DNA from: a virus
Strand: one strand, 5' to 3'
DNA: 64,000 nt
Virus record (IMG/VR): IMGVR_UViG_3300028388_004019
Span: 96,001 to 160,000 of that record
Below, in pieces: positions 11,302 to 20,192 of this stretch (positions are counted from its first letter, which is position 1; each line of letters starts with the position of its first letter). The notes below the pieces were generated by a model. The model saw nothing but the letters and a program-made list of their open reading frames with translations. It was not told the DNA's origin and did not search any database. A program made the translations under genes and the position numbers.

Positions 11302-13008
11302 TTAACCTTCACAAGCAACACACTGAAGGTCATTCAATCCCAACTTCTTTCTTGCGAAAGCTTGAGCTGAATTCATTGAGTGTTGGTAGTACAATGTTTT
11401 AACACCCAACTGCCAAGCTTCAATAAGAAGTTTGTTAACATCCCTTGTTGGCATGTCAGGTGAAATCATTAAGTTCAATGACTGTGATTGGTCAATATAA
11501 GATTGACGAACCGCAGCTTGGTTGATGATTGACGACTGGTTAATTTCAGCAAATGTTCTGAAGATGTCTTTCTGTTCGTCAGTCAAAAAGTCTAAGTGTT
11601 GTACTGAACCATCGCTTTGTTTGATACTGTTCCAAATTTCTTTGGTGTCTTTACCCATCTCAGATAACAACTCCTTAAGAATAGGATTTTTGATGGTTAC
11701 CTTCATCTTAGCCACATCCTTCACGTAACAATTAGACCAAATAGGTTCAATTGATTGTGATACCTGACCTAAGATAAACGCTGAAGATGTTGTTGGTGCA
11801 ATTGCATTCAACGTAACGTTTCTTCTACCGTAACCTTCCAAGTATTCAGGTTCACCGAACATCTTAGCCATTTCCTCAGACGCTGCGTATGATTTTTGTT
11901 TGATTAGTTTGAATACCTCAACATTCAATCTCGCAGTCTCTCTAGTGTCGAATGGTAGACCTCTTTTCTGTAGAAGTGAGTGCCATCCCAATACACCAAG
12001 ACCCAATGCTCTTTGTCTTTTAGCAAAGTTGTAAGCTTTCTCCAAGTAGAAGAAACCTCTCTTACCTTCGATAGTTCCGTTGTCTCTGATATCCTCAATC
12101 TTAGTTAAGAATTCAGTAACAACTGCATCTAAGAACATAGTCATAGTCTCAACAGCATCTGTGTCTTTCCACTCATCATAATGAAGAACATTCATTGATG
12201 ACAATACACAAACGAATGACTCCTCTTCAGAGTTGTGAAGCGCAATCTCAGAACATAAGTTTGAGTTGTAGATTGTCGCATCTTTGTCTTTGTATACGTC
12301 AACAGTGTTGTTGTTCATTGTATCGTGGAACATAATGTATGGGTAACCAATCTCTCCACGTCTTTGGATGACCTTAGCCCAAATCGCTCTTTTCTCTTCG
12401 TCACCTGCAATCATCTCATTCATAAACTCATCAGTTACAGTAACTGCGTGAGTCAAATCCTGAATTGGGAATCCTTCTGTACCAATTTCCAAGAACTCCA
12501 TGATGTCAGGGTGTTCTACAGGAAGGTATGGTGAGAAACGACCACGACGAGTTGAACCCTGTGAGATGTTGTCAACAACACTCTCAAATAGATTCATAAA
12601 GTGTACCGAACCTGGTGCTAAACCGTTGTCAGTAATCTCAGCACCTCTGTGTCTGATGTTACCAAAGTAACCAGAAGTACCACCACCCATCTTACTCATT
12701 TCACCGACCTCAGCCTGTGTGTATAGAATTGACTCGATGTTGTCTCCAATATTAGACCCAAAACAACTTACAGGTAAACCTCTCTTCTTACCGAAGTTAG
12801 CCCATACAGGTGATGATAGGGAATACCATCCCTTACCCATATAGTCATAGAATTTATCTGCAAAACCTTCTATACCTAAAAGGTTTTCTGCATGGTCTGC
12901 GATTGTTCTGATTCTCTCTAGCGGTTCTTCACCTTCACTCAAGTATCCTCTACGGAGGAAGGTAATTGATTCTTCGTTAATCCAGTCAAATGGTTTTCTA
13001 TCGTTCAT
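11302..13008 (-). CDS. nrdA: Ribonucleotide reductase alpha subunit, compact, no ATP cone
   Basis: VSCF cysteine, catalytic NLCSE, FVCVLSS, APTTSS, TLYY tyrosine pair and C-terminal CVAC. Confidence 0.97.
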   Translation of the reverse strand: MNDRKPFDWINEESITFLRRGYLSEGEEPLERIRTIADHAENLLGIEGFADKFYDYMGKGWYSLSSPVWANFGKKRGLPVSCFGSNIGDNIESILYTQAEVGEMSKMGGGTSGYFGNIRHRGAEITDNGLAPGSVHFMNLFESVVDNISQGSTRRGRFSPYLPVEHPDIMEFLEIGTEGFPIQDLTHAVTVTDEFMNEMIAGDEEKRAIWAKVIQRRGEIGYPYIMFHDTMNNNTVDVYKDKDATIYNSNLCSEIALHNSEEESFVCVLSSMNVLHYDEWKDTDAVETMTMFLDAVVTEFLTKIEDIRDNGTIEGKRGFFYLEKAYNFAKRQRALGLGVLGWHSLLQKRGLPFDTRETARLNVEVFKLIKQKSYAASEEMAKMFGEPEYLEGYGRRNVTLNAIAPTTSSAFILGQVSQSIEPIWSNCYVKDVAKMKVTIKNPILKELLSEMGKDTKEIWNSIKQSDGSVQHLDFLTDEQKDIFRTFAEINQSSIINQAAVRQSYIDQSQSLNLMISPDMPTRDVNKLLIEAWQLGVKTLYYQHSMNSAQAFARKKLGLNDLQCVACEG

Positions 13009-13027
13009 TTTATTTTTCGTTATTTAA

Positions 13028-14308
13028 TTAGAATAAATCGTTTGATGTAATCGATTTAGATTTCTTACTGTAGTTAATACTTCTTTTGTTGAAGAAATCA
13101 GTGTGTTTAGTAGTTAAGATTTCATCGTCAAACCACTCAGTTGTTTCCAACAACGGTTCGTTGATTTCAAAAATACTATCTACACCAATGGAGTTTAATG
13201 ATACATTAAATCTATGTTTAATAAATTCCATTGTCTGACTTTTCGTTAGGAAATCTAAATCACCTTCTTCAAATATCCAATTAACTATTTCTGTTTCTGC
13301 CTCATACGCTTCCATTGTTGCCGCGATAAGGTCTTCTTTTAATTCATCCGTCCACCATGATGGGTTCTCTCCTTTGATAAGGTTTACCAAATCAAATCCA
13401 AATCCAGCATGGATGTTTTCTTCTTTCGATGTTGCTTCAACAGCGTTACTAATACCCTTCAACATGTTCTTATGTTTGTTGAATGACATAATAACTAAAA
13501 ACTGTGAGAACAACGATACATTCTCTACAAACATAGAGAACAATACTACAGATTCAAAGTATTCTTTATCTTCCACTGCTTTTGAGTTAGAGATTGCTTT
13601 CTCCAAATACTTAATTCTTCTACGGATTGCAGGTACCTCGAGTAATGTTTCGAAGTCAGCGTTCAACCCTAAAAGTTGAATTAAGTGTGAGTAAGCGTCA
13701 GCGTGTCTAACCTCAGACTCCGCAAATGTTGCACCTACATTACCAATTTCAGGTTTTGGCATCCTTTTGTAGATGTCACCCCAAAACGTTTTAACGGCAA
13801 TCTCAATTTGTGAGATAGCCAACATCGCTCTCTTTACCGCAGTTTTTTCTTTCTTATCCAAGTTTACTTTGAAATCTTGAATGTCTGAAGTAAAGTTAAA
13901 CTCTGTATGTACCCAATATGAATGTCTGATAGCATCCACATATTCATTAAGATTTGGATATTCGTAAGGTTTAAGATTTGTTCTCTTGGTAAAGATATTT
14001 GGACCGTGATTTTTACGATAAATGATATATTCTTTAGCGACATCATTAAGACCGTTGTCCATCAACTTATTCTCCACCATATCGTGAATTTCATCCACGT
14101 GAGGTACTTTATCTTTTTCATCTCTGAAAATTCCTTTACGAGTGATTCTTGCAATTTTCTCAGCCATTTCATCATCAACTTCACCGACAGACTTCATAGC
14201 CTTCAGTACCGCATATTTGATTTTTTCCGCTTCGAAAAGTACTTGTTCACCACTTCTCTTAATTACATAACGAGTTTCTTTACTGTTCATAGCACTATTG
14301 TTAACCAT
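13028..14308 (-). CDS. nrdB: Ribonucleotide reductase beta subunit with N-terminal ATP cone; class Id signature
   Basis: ATP cone VIKRSG..F..EKI..A..KA...HDMVENKLM...VAKEYIIYR; ferritin-like ligands QIEIAVK, ESEVRHADAY, FVENVSLF and KEENIH. Confidence 0.95.
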   Translation of the reverse strand: MVNNSAMNSKETRYVIKRSGEQVLFEAEKIKYAVLKAMKSVGEVDDEMAEKIARITRKGIFRDEKDKVPHVDEIHDMVENKLMDNGLNDVAKEYIIYRKNHGPNIFTKRTNLKPYEYPNLNEYVDAIRHSYWVHTEFNFTSDIQDFKVNLDKKEKTAVKRAMLAISQIEIAVKTFWGDIYKRMPKPEIGNVGATFAESEVRHADAYSHLIQLLGLNADFETLLEVPAIRRRIKYLEKAISNSKAVEDKEYFESVVLFSMFVENVSLFSQFLVIMSFNKHKNMLKGISNAVEATSKEENIHAGFGFDLVNLIKGENPSWWTDELKEDLIAATMEAYEAETEIVNWIFEEGDLDFLTKSQTMEFIKHRFNVSLNSIGVDSIFEINEPLLETTEWFDDEILTTKHTDFFNKRSINYSKKSKSITSNDLF

Positions 14309-14321
14309 AATTTATTGTTTA

Positions 14322-15704
14322 TTAATTTTGTTGTCCCTCACGTTGCTTACGCTTTTCCATGAGTTCTTTGATTCTATCCCTTTGTTTCTCCTCTCTTTGT
14401 TCTTCTAAACCTAAGAAAGTAACACTCTGTTCAGTATCAATAACCAACATTTCATTATCATACTTACAATTCTCAAATACAACCCCATCCTTTCCGATAC
14501 GGGACTTTGTAATTGCAATGGTAGCCAAGTTCATTTCCTTTTGTTGTAATGACTTCGCCACCGAGATAATTACGTGACCAACCTGAGCCTTCTTAATAGA
14601 ACCACCCATTTGGTCTGTGGTAACAACTTCTGATGAAATTGAAGAACGGTTACCCTGTGTTGCTGTCCAACCAACAATGTCCAACTCGTGACACATCGCC
14701 TCGAACGCTCTCATCACAGAACCTTCACTCTTCCATTCATCACCCAAGTTTTTGTCAGGTGTAATACAATCGATGTAATCCACAACAATCATATCAATCT
14801 TGTTCCCTTCCGCTATCATCTTTCTAACCTGATTCTTGATTTGATTCATCGTCAGGGTATCAGACGGTAACTTCTTCAAAGTTAAGGAATTTTTTGTATT
14901 TTCCTTAATCTCTTTGACTTTATTCATCACATCATCTTTATGATTAGATAAATTGTCAGGAGCAATACCTGTCCATAGTGTGAAGTGCTTACGTTGGATA
15001 ATCTTCGGGTTGTCCTCAAAGAACACCTGAAGAACATTGTAACCCAAGTTGAATGCGTGGTTTGAAATCTTTGTTAAGAAGGTCGTCTTACCCACACCTG
15101 TCGGTGCAAGAATAACTCCAATCTCACCTTTTGCCAATCCACCCTTCATTAGGTTGTCAATACCTGGTACTCCCATCGGAATTGGGTGACGGTAGTCGTC
15201 GTCCAATACCACATCTAAATTTGAGAATACATCAGATGTACCTGTATCCACTTCACCAACCTGTAGAGCTTCTCTAACCATCTCCTCTAAGTGGTCATAA
15301 GATTCAAAATCACCCTTATCGATGATTTTCTGAGCCTTACTCATCACTTTCTGAAGTTCCTGCTGCTTACAGAACTTCAATGACTTCTCTTGAACGAAGT
15401 CTGACCCTTCAATTGGTGCTTCCTTGACATCGTTTAACATGTCGAAGACCATCTTCTGAGCCATCGGAGAGGTAATTTCACTCTTCGTTAGTTGTTCCAA
15501 TGTTGCAAATGTTGGAGTATGTTCATACTTAGTATAGTACTCCTTTACCATCTGCATAATAATTTTGAAATATTGATTATCAAAGTACTTCGGGTCCAAT
15601 ACATCCACAATCGAATTGGCAAAGTCTTTGTCAATCACGATATTATTTAGAAGTTGTATTTGGAAGGAGTTACCAAGGTAACCGAAGTTTTTCTCTTTTG
15701 ACAT
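14322..15704 (-). CDS. dnaB: Replicative DNA helicase (DnaB / gp41-like)
   Basis: Walker A APTGVGKT, Walker B IVVDYID, TATQGNR, GGSIKKAQ and KSRIG arginine finger; no intein. Confidence 0.93.
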   Translation of the reverse strand: MSKEKNFGYLGNSFQIQLLNNIVIDKDFANSIVDVLDPKYFDNQYFKIIMQMVKEYYTKYEHTPTFATLEQLTKSEITSPMAQKMVFDMLNDVKEAPIEGSDFVQEKSLKFCKQQELQKVMSKAQKIIDKGDFESYDHLEEMVREALQVGEVDTGTSDVFSNLDVVLDDDYRHPIPMGVPGIDNLMKGGLAKGEIGVILAPTGVGKTTFLTKISNHAFNLGYNVLQVFFEDNPKIIQRKHFTLWTGIAPDNLSNHKDDVMNKVKEIKENTKNSLTLKKLPSDTLTMNQIKNQVRKMIAEGNKIDMIVVDYIDCITPDKNLGDEWKSEGSVMRAFEAMCHELDIVGWTATQGNRSSISSEVVTTDQMGGSIKKAQVGHVIISVAKSLQQKEMNLATIAITKSRIGKDGVVFENCKYDNEMLVIDTEQSVTFLGLEEQREEKQRDRIKELMEKRKQREGQQN

Positions 15705-15730
15705 ATCAATCTAATTTCTTTCGGGTAAAT

Positions 15731-15738
15731 AATAAATA
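15731..15738 (-). promoter_or_regulatory. TATTTATT element upstream of the helicase
   Basis: 26 nt before ATG 15704; the only copy ahead of a replication gene. Confidence 0.35.
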
Positions 15739-15741
15739 TGG

Positions 15742-16194
15742 TTAACCTAACTGATATTCCATGTATTCGTAAGATAAATCTTCAGAGGAAAAAAGCTCTG
15801 TCAAACCACGAAGTACACTTTTTAGTTGCGGGCGTATATCTACGGTGTATCTTATTTTCGGCGGGTATAATTTCGCGTCAATAATTTTATGACAAATTGT
15901 CTCCTCCCCAATACGAATTTTTACGTGGAAAGTCTCCGGACCATCAGTGTTTGAAGTGTCCAAAATACTTGGGTCCAAAGCAATTTGGTTGTAGTGGTCC
16001 AACATATACATGTTAGTTCTCGCCTTTAGACTCCTTGTCAAAGTACCAGTGAAATCATTCACAAATTCAATCACATCAATACTCTTACGAGCCTTTGGAT
16101 TGTACCCTCTAACGTTGAAGTAACGTTGCACTACAATGTTGTCATTCAACATCAAAAGGAATTCCATTTTTGTTACGTCATTTTTTTCTTTCAT
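15742..16194 (-). CDS. Hypothetical protein in the replication operon
   Basis: 150 aa ORF tightly packed between the exonuclease and helicase genes. Confidence 0.6.
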   Translation of the reverse strand: MKEKNDVTKMEFLLMLNDNIVVQRYFNVRGYNPKARKSIDVIEFVNDFTGTLTRSLKARTNMYMLDHYNQIALDPSILDTSNTDGPETFHVKIRIGEETICHKIIDAKLYPPKIRYTVDIRPQLKSVLRGLTELFSSEDLSYEYMEYQLG

Positions 16195-16196
16195 AA

Positions 16197-17204
16197 CTAA
16201 TTTTTGTTTTTGTAACGTTTTTTTTCTTTTCTACTAAGTTTCATAAACGGTGTTAAAAAATCTACCCAACCATCATCCTGTTTGGGTAAGTACTTGAAGA
16301 TTCCATCATCATTCATCATTCTCATGAGATTCTGATATCCTCTTCCTTCAGGGTCCAACTCTTCTGTATAGTAGAGTTCAACCTCGTCCTTACCTTCATC
16401 ACTTATCATTGGGTGGGACAAATCTACAATCTTTTTGTTAATATCAAAGAATTCTTTTCCTAAAACCCCCCTTTTAGTTTTTCCTTCTAAGATACTCTCT
16501 AAGATTTTTCTCTTGTCACCCTCTGATTGTAATTCTTCAGCTCGGTTTATAATATCATCAACAGAAGTCGCTTTGTCCAATATTTCAGGAAATATCTTCG
16601 CAAAAGTTTTCTCACCGAGTAAGTATATACCATCAATATTGTCAGACTTATCCCCCGATAAAATCTTAAACGTGGTCATGTTGTAATGTGGTATAGAAAT
16701 GTCCTTCAAAGGGATGTTATCTCCCTCCTTAAAGACTTTTCTATGACTGGGTGAGTAGACCTCCACTTTATCAGAGATAAGTTGTGTAAGGTCTTTATCT
16801 GATGAAAATATAGTTTTGTATTCGTCCTCAGAAATGTTACAGTAATGAGCAATCGCATCGTCTGATTCACATCCATCAATGGATACTTGCCTGATAAACA
16901 TTTCTTCCAAATACTTCTTAACTCTCGACAACTGCCATTCAAATGAAATCTGTTGTTGTTCGTTAAGGGTTCTTTTTCTATTTCTTTTGTATTGTTCGAG
17001 CAACTCTCTTCGTGATGTTGAGTTATCCTTCGCATCCCAAAAGACAATGACTTTGTCGTAATTGTGCTCGACTAAGAATTTTTTGAGGGTATTCACGAAG
17101 TGAAAGATTGCACCAATATGGTTTCCCTCATGATATAAATCTCTTACTCCGTGATAACCTATTTTAACTAAGTTGTTTCCGTCAACTAATAATGTCTTTG
17201 TCAA
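16197..17204 (-). CDS. 5'-3' exonuclease / flap endonuclease (T4 RNase H / PolI 5'-nuclease family)
   Basis: LLVDGNNL, ESDDAIA, SSDKDLTQL and GDKSDNIDGI (helix-3-turn-helix). Confidence 0.92.
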   Translation of the reverse strand: MTKTLLVDGNNLVKIGYHGVRDLYHEGNHIGAIFHFVNTLKKFLVEHNYDKVIVFWDAKDNSTSRRELLEQYKRNRKRTLNEQQQISFEWQLSRVKKYLEEMFIRQVSIDGCESDDAIAHYCNISEDEYKTIFSSDKDLTQLISDKVEVYSPSHRKVFKEGDNIPLKDISIPHYNMTTFKILSGDKSDNIDGIYLLGEKTFAKIFPEILDKATSVDDIINRAEELQSEGDKRKILESILEGKTKRGVLGKEFFDINKKIVDLSHPMISDEGKDEVELYYTEELDPEGRGYQNLMRMMNDDGIFKYLPKQDDGWVDFLTPFMKLSRKEKKRYKNKN

Positions 17205-17222
17205 AATACCCTCAATTAAAGG

Positions 17223-18224
17223 TTAGACTTCTTTTACTTCTTCCAATTTGTAGTCACCGTCAGTACCGATGACTCTCTTCCAATATTCCGCTTGTTCGGA
17301 CTTATACTTTTCAATGGACTTCTTCTCTTCTGCAGATTCTTTCCCTGCCAAGAAACCATGAGGTGTTACGATAATCTTACCGTCCTCATATCCCAATCCA
17401 TTGATGTGGTTTTTCATAACCGATACTTTCGTTCTAACTGCAAACTTAACTTTTCTTTTGTCTTTGACCGCAACAATCTTATTGGTACCAGCATTTTTCT
17501 GATTTCCAAATAAGAATACCAATGAGGAGTTCAACCAAATTGCCTCACCACCCTTAGCTTTAATCTTAGGTTGACCAAAAGGATTGTCGGGTAATTCTAC
17601 CCACGGTTGATTAACAATCACCAATGTATTCTCATACTTTGATGTTGCCTTTCTTGAGCCAGCAATTCTTTGGTTGATACCCATACCAATTTTGTCGGCC
17701 AATGCGGCAGCATTATGTTGTTTACCACCCTTACCGTCAAAAGTCATTTTACAAGGAACAGAACCTACAGAATCCCACAAGAATAATAAGTCGTACTCCA
17801 ACTCACCTTTTTCCTGTGCATCCAACAATTCGTTGATGTAGTCTGTGATTTGTTCGATGTAATCAAAGTTGTTGTTAAATAAGAAGAATCCGTCCCAATC
17901 CAATTCACCTGTTTCCTCATCAACAACTTCTTCACATTCGAATCCCATTGTTAATGCGTGGTCAAAAGACCATTTTTGTTCAGTGATAATAAAGACAGGA
18001 AGAATGCCCTTCTTCTGTGCGTCTACCGCGGCTTTAACCAATGCAGTTGTTTTACCAGTATCACTATGACCCAAGAACATATTCAGGTGACCAATCGCAG
18101 GACCAGGTAGACCTACCGCATCCAAAAATGCCTCACCTAAATCTAAAAACCTTTGTGGTTTGTACTTTGCTGAAGTAGAATATTTCTGCTTCAACGATTT
18201 GAAATCTTTTTTCTTAATTGCCAT
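17223..18224 (-). CDS. recA: RecA/UvsX-like recombinase
   Basis: Walker A GHSDTGKT, LWDSVGS, VNQPW and KAKGGEA motifs. Confidence 0.9.
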   Translation of the reverse strand: MAIKKKDFKSLKQKYSTSAKYKPQRFLDLGEAFLDAVGLPGPAIGHLNMFLGHSDTGKTTALVKAAVDAQKKGILPVFIITEQKWSFDHALTMGFECEEVVDEETGELDWDGFFLFNNNFDYIEQITDYINELLDAQEKGELEYDLLFLWDSVGSVPCKMTFDGKGGKQHNAAALADKIGMGINQRIAGSRKATSKYENTLVIVNQPWVELPDNPFGQPKIKAKGGEAIWLNSSLVFLFGNQKNAGTNKIVAVKDKRKVKFAVRTKVSVMKNHINGLGYEDGKIIVTPHGFLAGKESAEEKKSIEKYKSEQAEYWKRVIGTDGDYKLEEVKEV

Positions 18225-18234
18225 ATTGTTTAGT

Positions 18235-18269
18235 AAATAAAGATGGTAAGGACCGAAGTCCCTACCATC
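18235..18269 (-). terminator. Hairpin / terminator after the SSB gene
   Basis: 12-bp stem with one G-U pair, C(UUCG)G loop, then UUUAUUU. Confidence 0.7.
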
Positions 18270-18278
18270 GTGTTAGAT

Positions 18279-19139
18279 TTAGAATGGCAAGTCGTCATCG
18301 ACTTTCATTCCCGCTTGAGGGTCTTCCACCTTCACATTAGTGTCAGATGATACTGAACCACCCAATGTTACTTCTGTGTCGTCACCATAAACGTATTTTT
18401 TCAATTCTGTATCCCAAACAGGTGTTTCACCTCTTGCGATAGCTTCCAAATACTCAACAGGTTTTTGAGCGTAAACGTCCTGCCAAGTCATCTCATCTTC
18501 AACCCATTCTTTCATCTGAGCTTTGTCAGTATGAATTGGTGCTGGGTCATCATACATAATAGTCTTAACTACTGTGTACTCGATACCTGAAGGTGTCTTA
18601 GCTTTAGACAAATCAACAATCAAGTCACGACCTTCGTTAGCGTCAGTCACATCACCTTTTTGTTTCCAAATTGGAATGATTTTATCCAAGATACCTTCTT
18701 GTTTGTAGTTATCCTTGAATCTCCAAAACTTAGGTCCGTGGTCTTCGTTCTCACGGTCGATAACCTTAACAATGTAGAATTTACGTGGACGGTACTGACG
18801 AGCCAATTCTTTGTCTGACTCTTTACCTGTAGACATCAATTCTTCGTAAACCTCAGTAAGTGGTGAACGCTCACCATCGTTCTTACCTGGGTCGTAGAGT
18901 TTAGTCCACTTACCATCAATCTGTACTTCGTGGTACCACACCTCTTTAAATGGAGATGAACCGTCTGGTGTTGGAAGGATTCTGATTACTTTTTGACCTG
19001 ATTTGGTCCCTTTAGGTAGATACGTTGTAAAGTATCTTTTTAGTCTGTCTTCTTGAGACATTGAATTACCCCCACCGTTATTTGAACGTTGGGTGTTTTT
19101 TTCGTACTGAGCCAGTACAGCATCTAATGCATTTCCCAT
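18279..19139 (-). CDS. Single-stranded DNA-binding protein (gp32-like)
   Basis: IRILP...PFKEVWYH, RKFYIVKVIDR and EGRDL motifs; acidic tail ending DDDLPF. Confidence 0.85.
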   Translation of the reverse strand: MGNALDAVLAQYEKNTQRSNNGGGNSMSQEDRLKRYFTTYLPKGTKSGQKVIRILPTPDGSSPFKEVWYHEVQIDGKWTKLYDPGKNDGERSPLTEVYEELMSTGKESDKELARQYRPRKFYIVKVIDRENEDHGPKFWRFKDNYKQEGILDKIIPIWKQKGDVTDANEGRDLIVDLSKAKTPSGIEYTVVKTIMYDDPAPIHTDKAQMKEWVEDEMTWQDVYAQKPVEYLEAIARGETPVWDTELKKYVYGDDTEVTLGGSVSSDTNVKVEDPQAGMKVDDDLPF

Positions 19140-19187
19140 AATTTTTTCTTTTTACTCTGTTAATTGTTTCTCTTAAACTCAATAATA

Positions 19188-19215
19188 AGTATAGTCTTAT
19201 TACTTCAAAAGTCAA
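19188..19215 (-). promoter_or_regulatory. Sigma70-like promoter TTGACT-N16-TATACT
   Basis: Upstream of the SSB ATG 19139 and downstream of a terminator. Confidence 0.55.
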
Positions 19216-19223
19216 CCGACTGC

Positions 19224-19256
19224 AAAGAAAAAGACCACCCTAATTGAGTGGTCTTT
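19224..19256 (-). terminator. Rho-independent terminator
   Basis: AAAGACCAC..GTGGTCTTT stem followed by TTCTTT. Confidence 0.7.
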
Positions 19257-19286
19257 ATTATAGAAAATTTTGTGTGTTAAGTCAAC

Positions 19287-19913
19287 TTATTCTTCGTCTT
19301 CAATCGGGGAATCAAACGATTTTTTGATGTCAGCGTCAGAATAATTCTCAACTTCGTCAGAGGTTAAAACATATTCGTTCTTACCTGTTTGTTGCATCTC
19401 AACTTCTTTGTCAGCGAAGAAGTCCGTCAACTTCTGATTATAAGGATAACTGTCCAAACTTCTTAATTGTAATTTTTCTTCAGGTGACTTCTCTCTGTAT
19501 TTTTCAACCTTAGCTTCGATATCATTAATCTTACTTAATATTGAATCCATCTGAGACAACTTACTTTCCAAGTCGTTTAATTTATCAAACATTGAGTCCA
19601 TATACTCATCTTGTTTATCTGAGATTTCATTTTGTTTGTTTACCAAATCTGTAATCTCCAACTCTTCAGTGTCACCACCCATATCCTCATCAGACTCCAC
19701 ATTACCCTCGTCGTCTAATTTCTCAACATCAGGGTCTGTTTCAACATCTACTGGTTCCGCAATTTCCTCGGCACCCATCTCGACATCCATATCCAACTCC
19801 AAATCGTCACCAGCATCTGCAGCTGGGTCAACAGGTTCTTCTTGTTCTACCAAATAGTTGTTGATGGAATTGTGTCTTTTGAGTTCTTCTAATATTTTAT
19901 TATCTACTGACAT
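19287..19913 (-). CDS. Acidic coiled-coil hypothetical protein, possibly prohead-core associated
   Basis: 208 aa, D/E-rich N-terminal half with heptad-like middle; function inferred only. Confidence 0.4.
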   Translation of the reverse strand: MSVDNKILEELKRHNSINNYLVEQEEPVDPAADAGDDLELDMDVEMGAEEIAEPVDVETDPDVEKLDDEGNVESDEDMGGDTEELEITDLVNKQNEISDKQDEYMDSMFDKLNDLESKLSQMDSILSKINDIEAKVEKYREKSPEEKLQLRSLDSYPYNQKLTDFFADKEVEMQQTGKNEYVLTSDEVENYSDADIKKSFDSPIEDEE

Positions 19914-19924
19914 CTTATTTTAAT

Positions 19925-20149
19925 TTACCCATTTAATAATGTTTTCACACCGTGTGGTGTTTCAACTTTAAGGGTTCTATTCACTTGTCTTGTATTGTCA
20001 ACTCTTTCAATAAGTCCGTCTCTCATACTAACAGTGTAACAGTCTCCTGTATCTAAGTCACAAACTTCTTTGTAACCATTTCCGGCATCTCTTTCAGTAA
20101 TTCTAGTGTCTTTTGACAAATACTGGTCTAATAATGATTTTACGTTCAT
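19925..20149 (-). CDS. Hypothetical protein (74 aa; start revised from 20251)
   Basis: MNVKSLL...EVCDLDTGDCYTV; the longer start overlaps the upstream gene, and a TATTTATT element lies 15 nt before ATG 20149. Confidence 0.7.
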   Translation of the reverse strand: MNVKSLLDQYLSKDTRITERDAGNGYKEVCDLDTGDCYTVSMRDGLIERVDNTRQVNRTLKVETPHGVKTLLNG

Positions 20150-20164
20150 AGTAATACTTTTATT

Positions 20165-20172
20165 AATAAATA
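20165..20172 (-). promoter_or_regulatory. Candidate late promoter element TATTTATT
   Basis: 15 nt before ATG 20149. Confidence 0.55.
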
Positions 20173-20192
20173 TATGAAAAAGTGAATTTATC

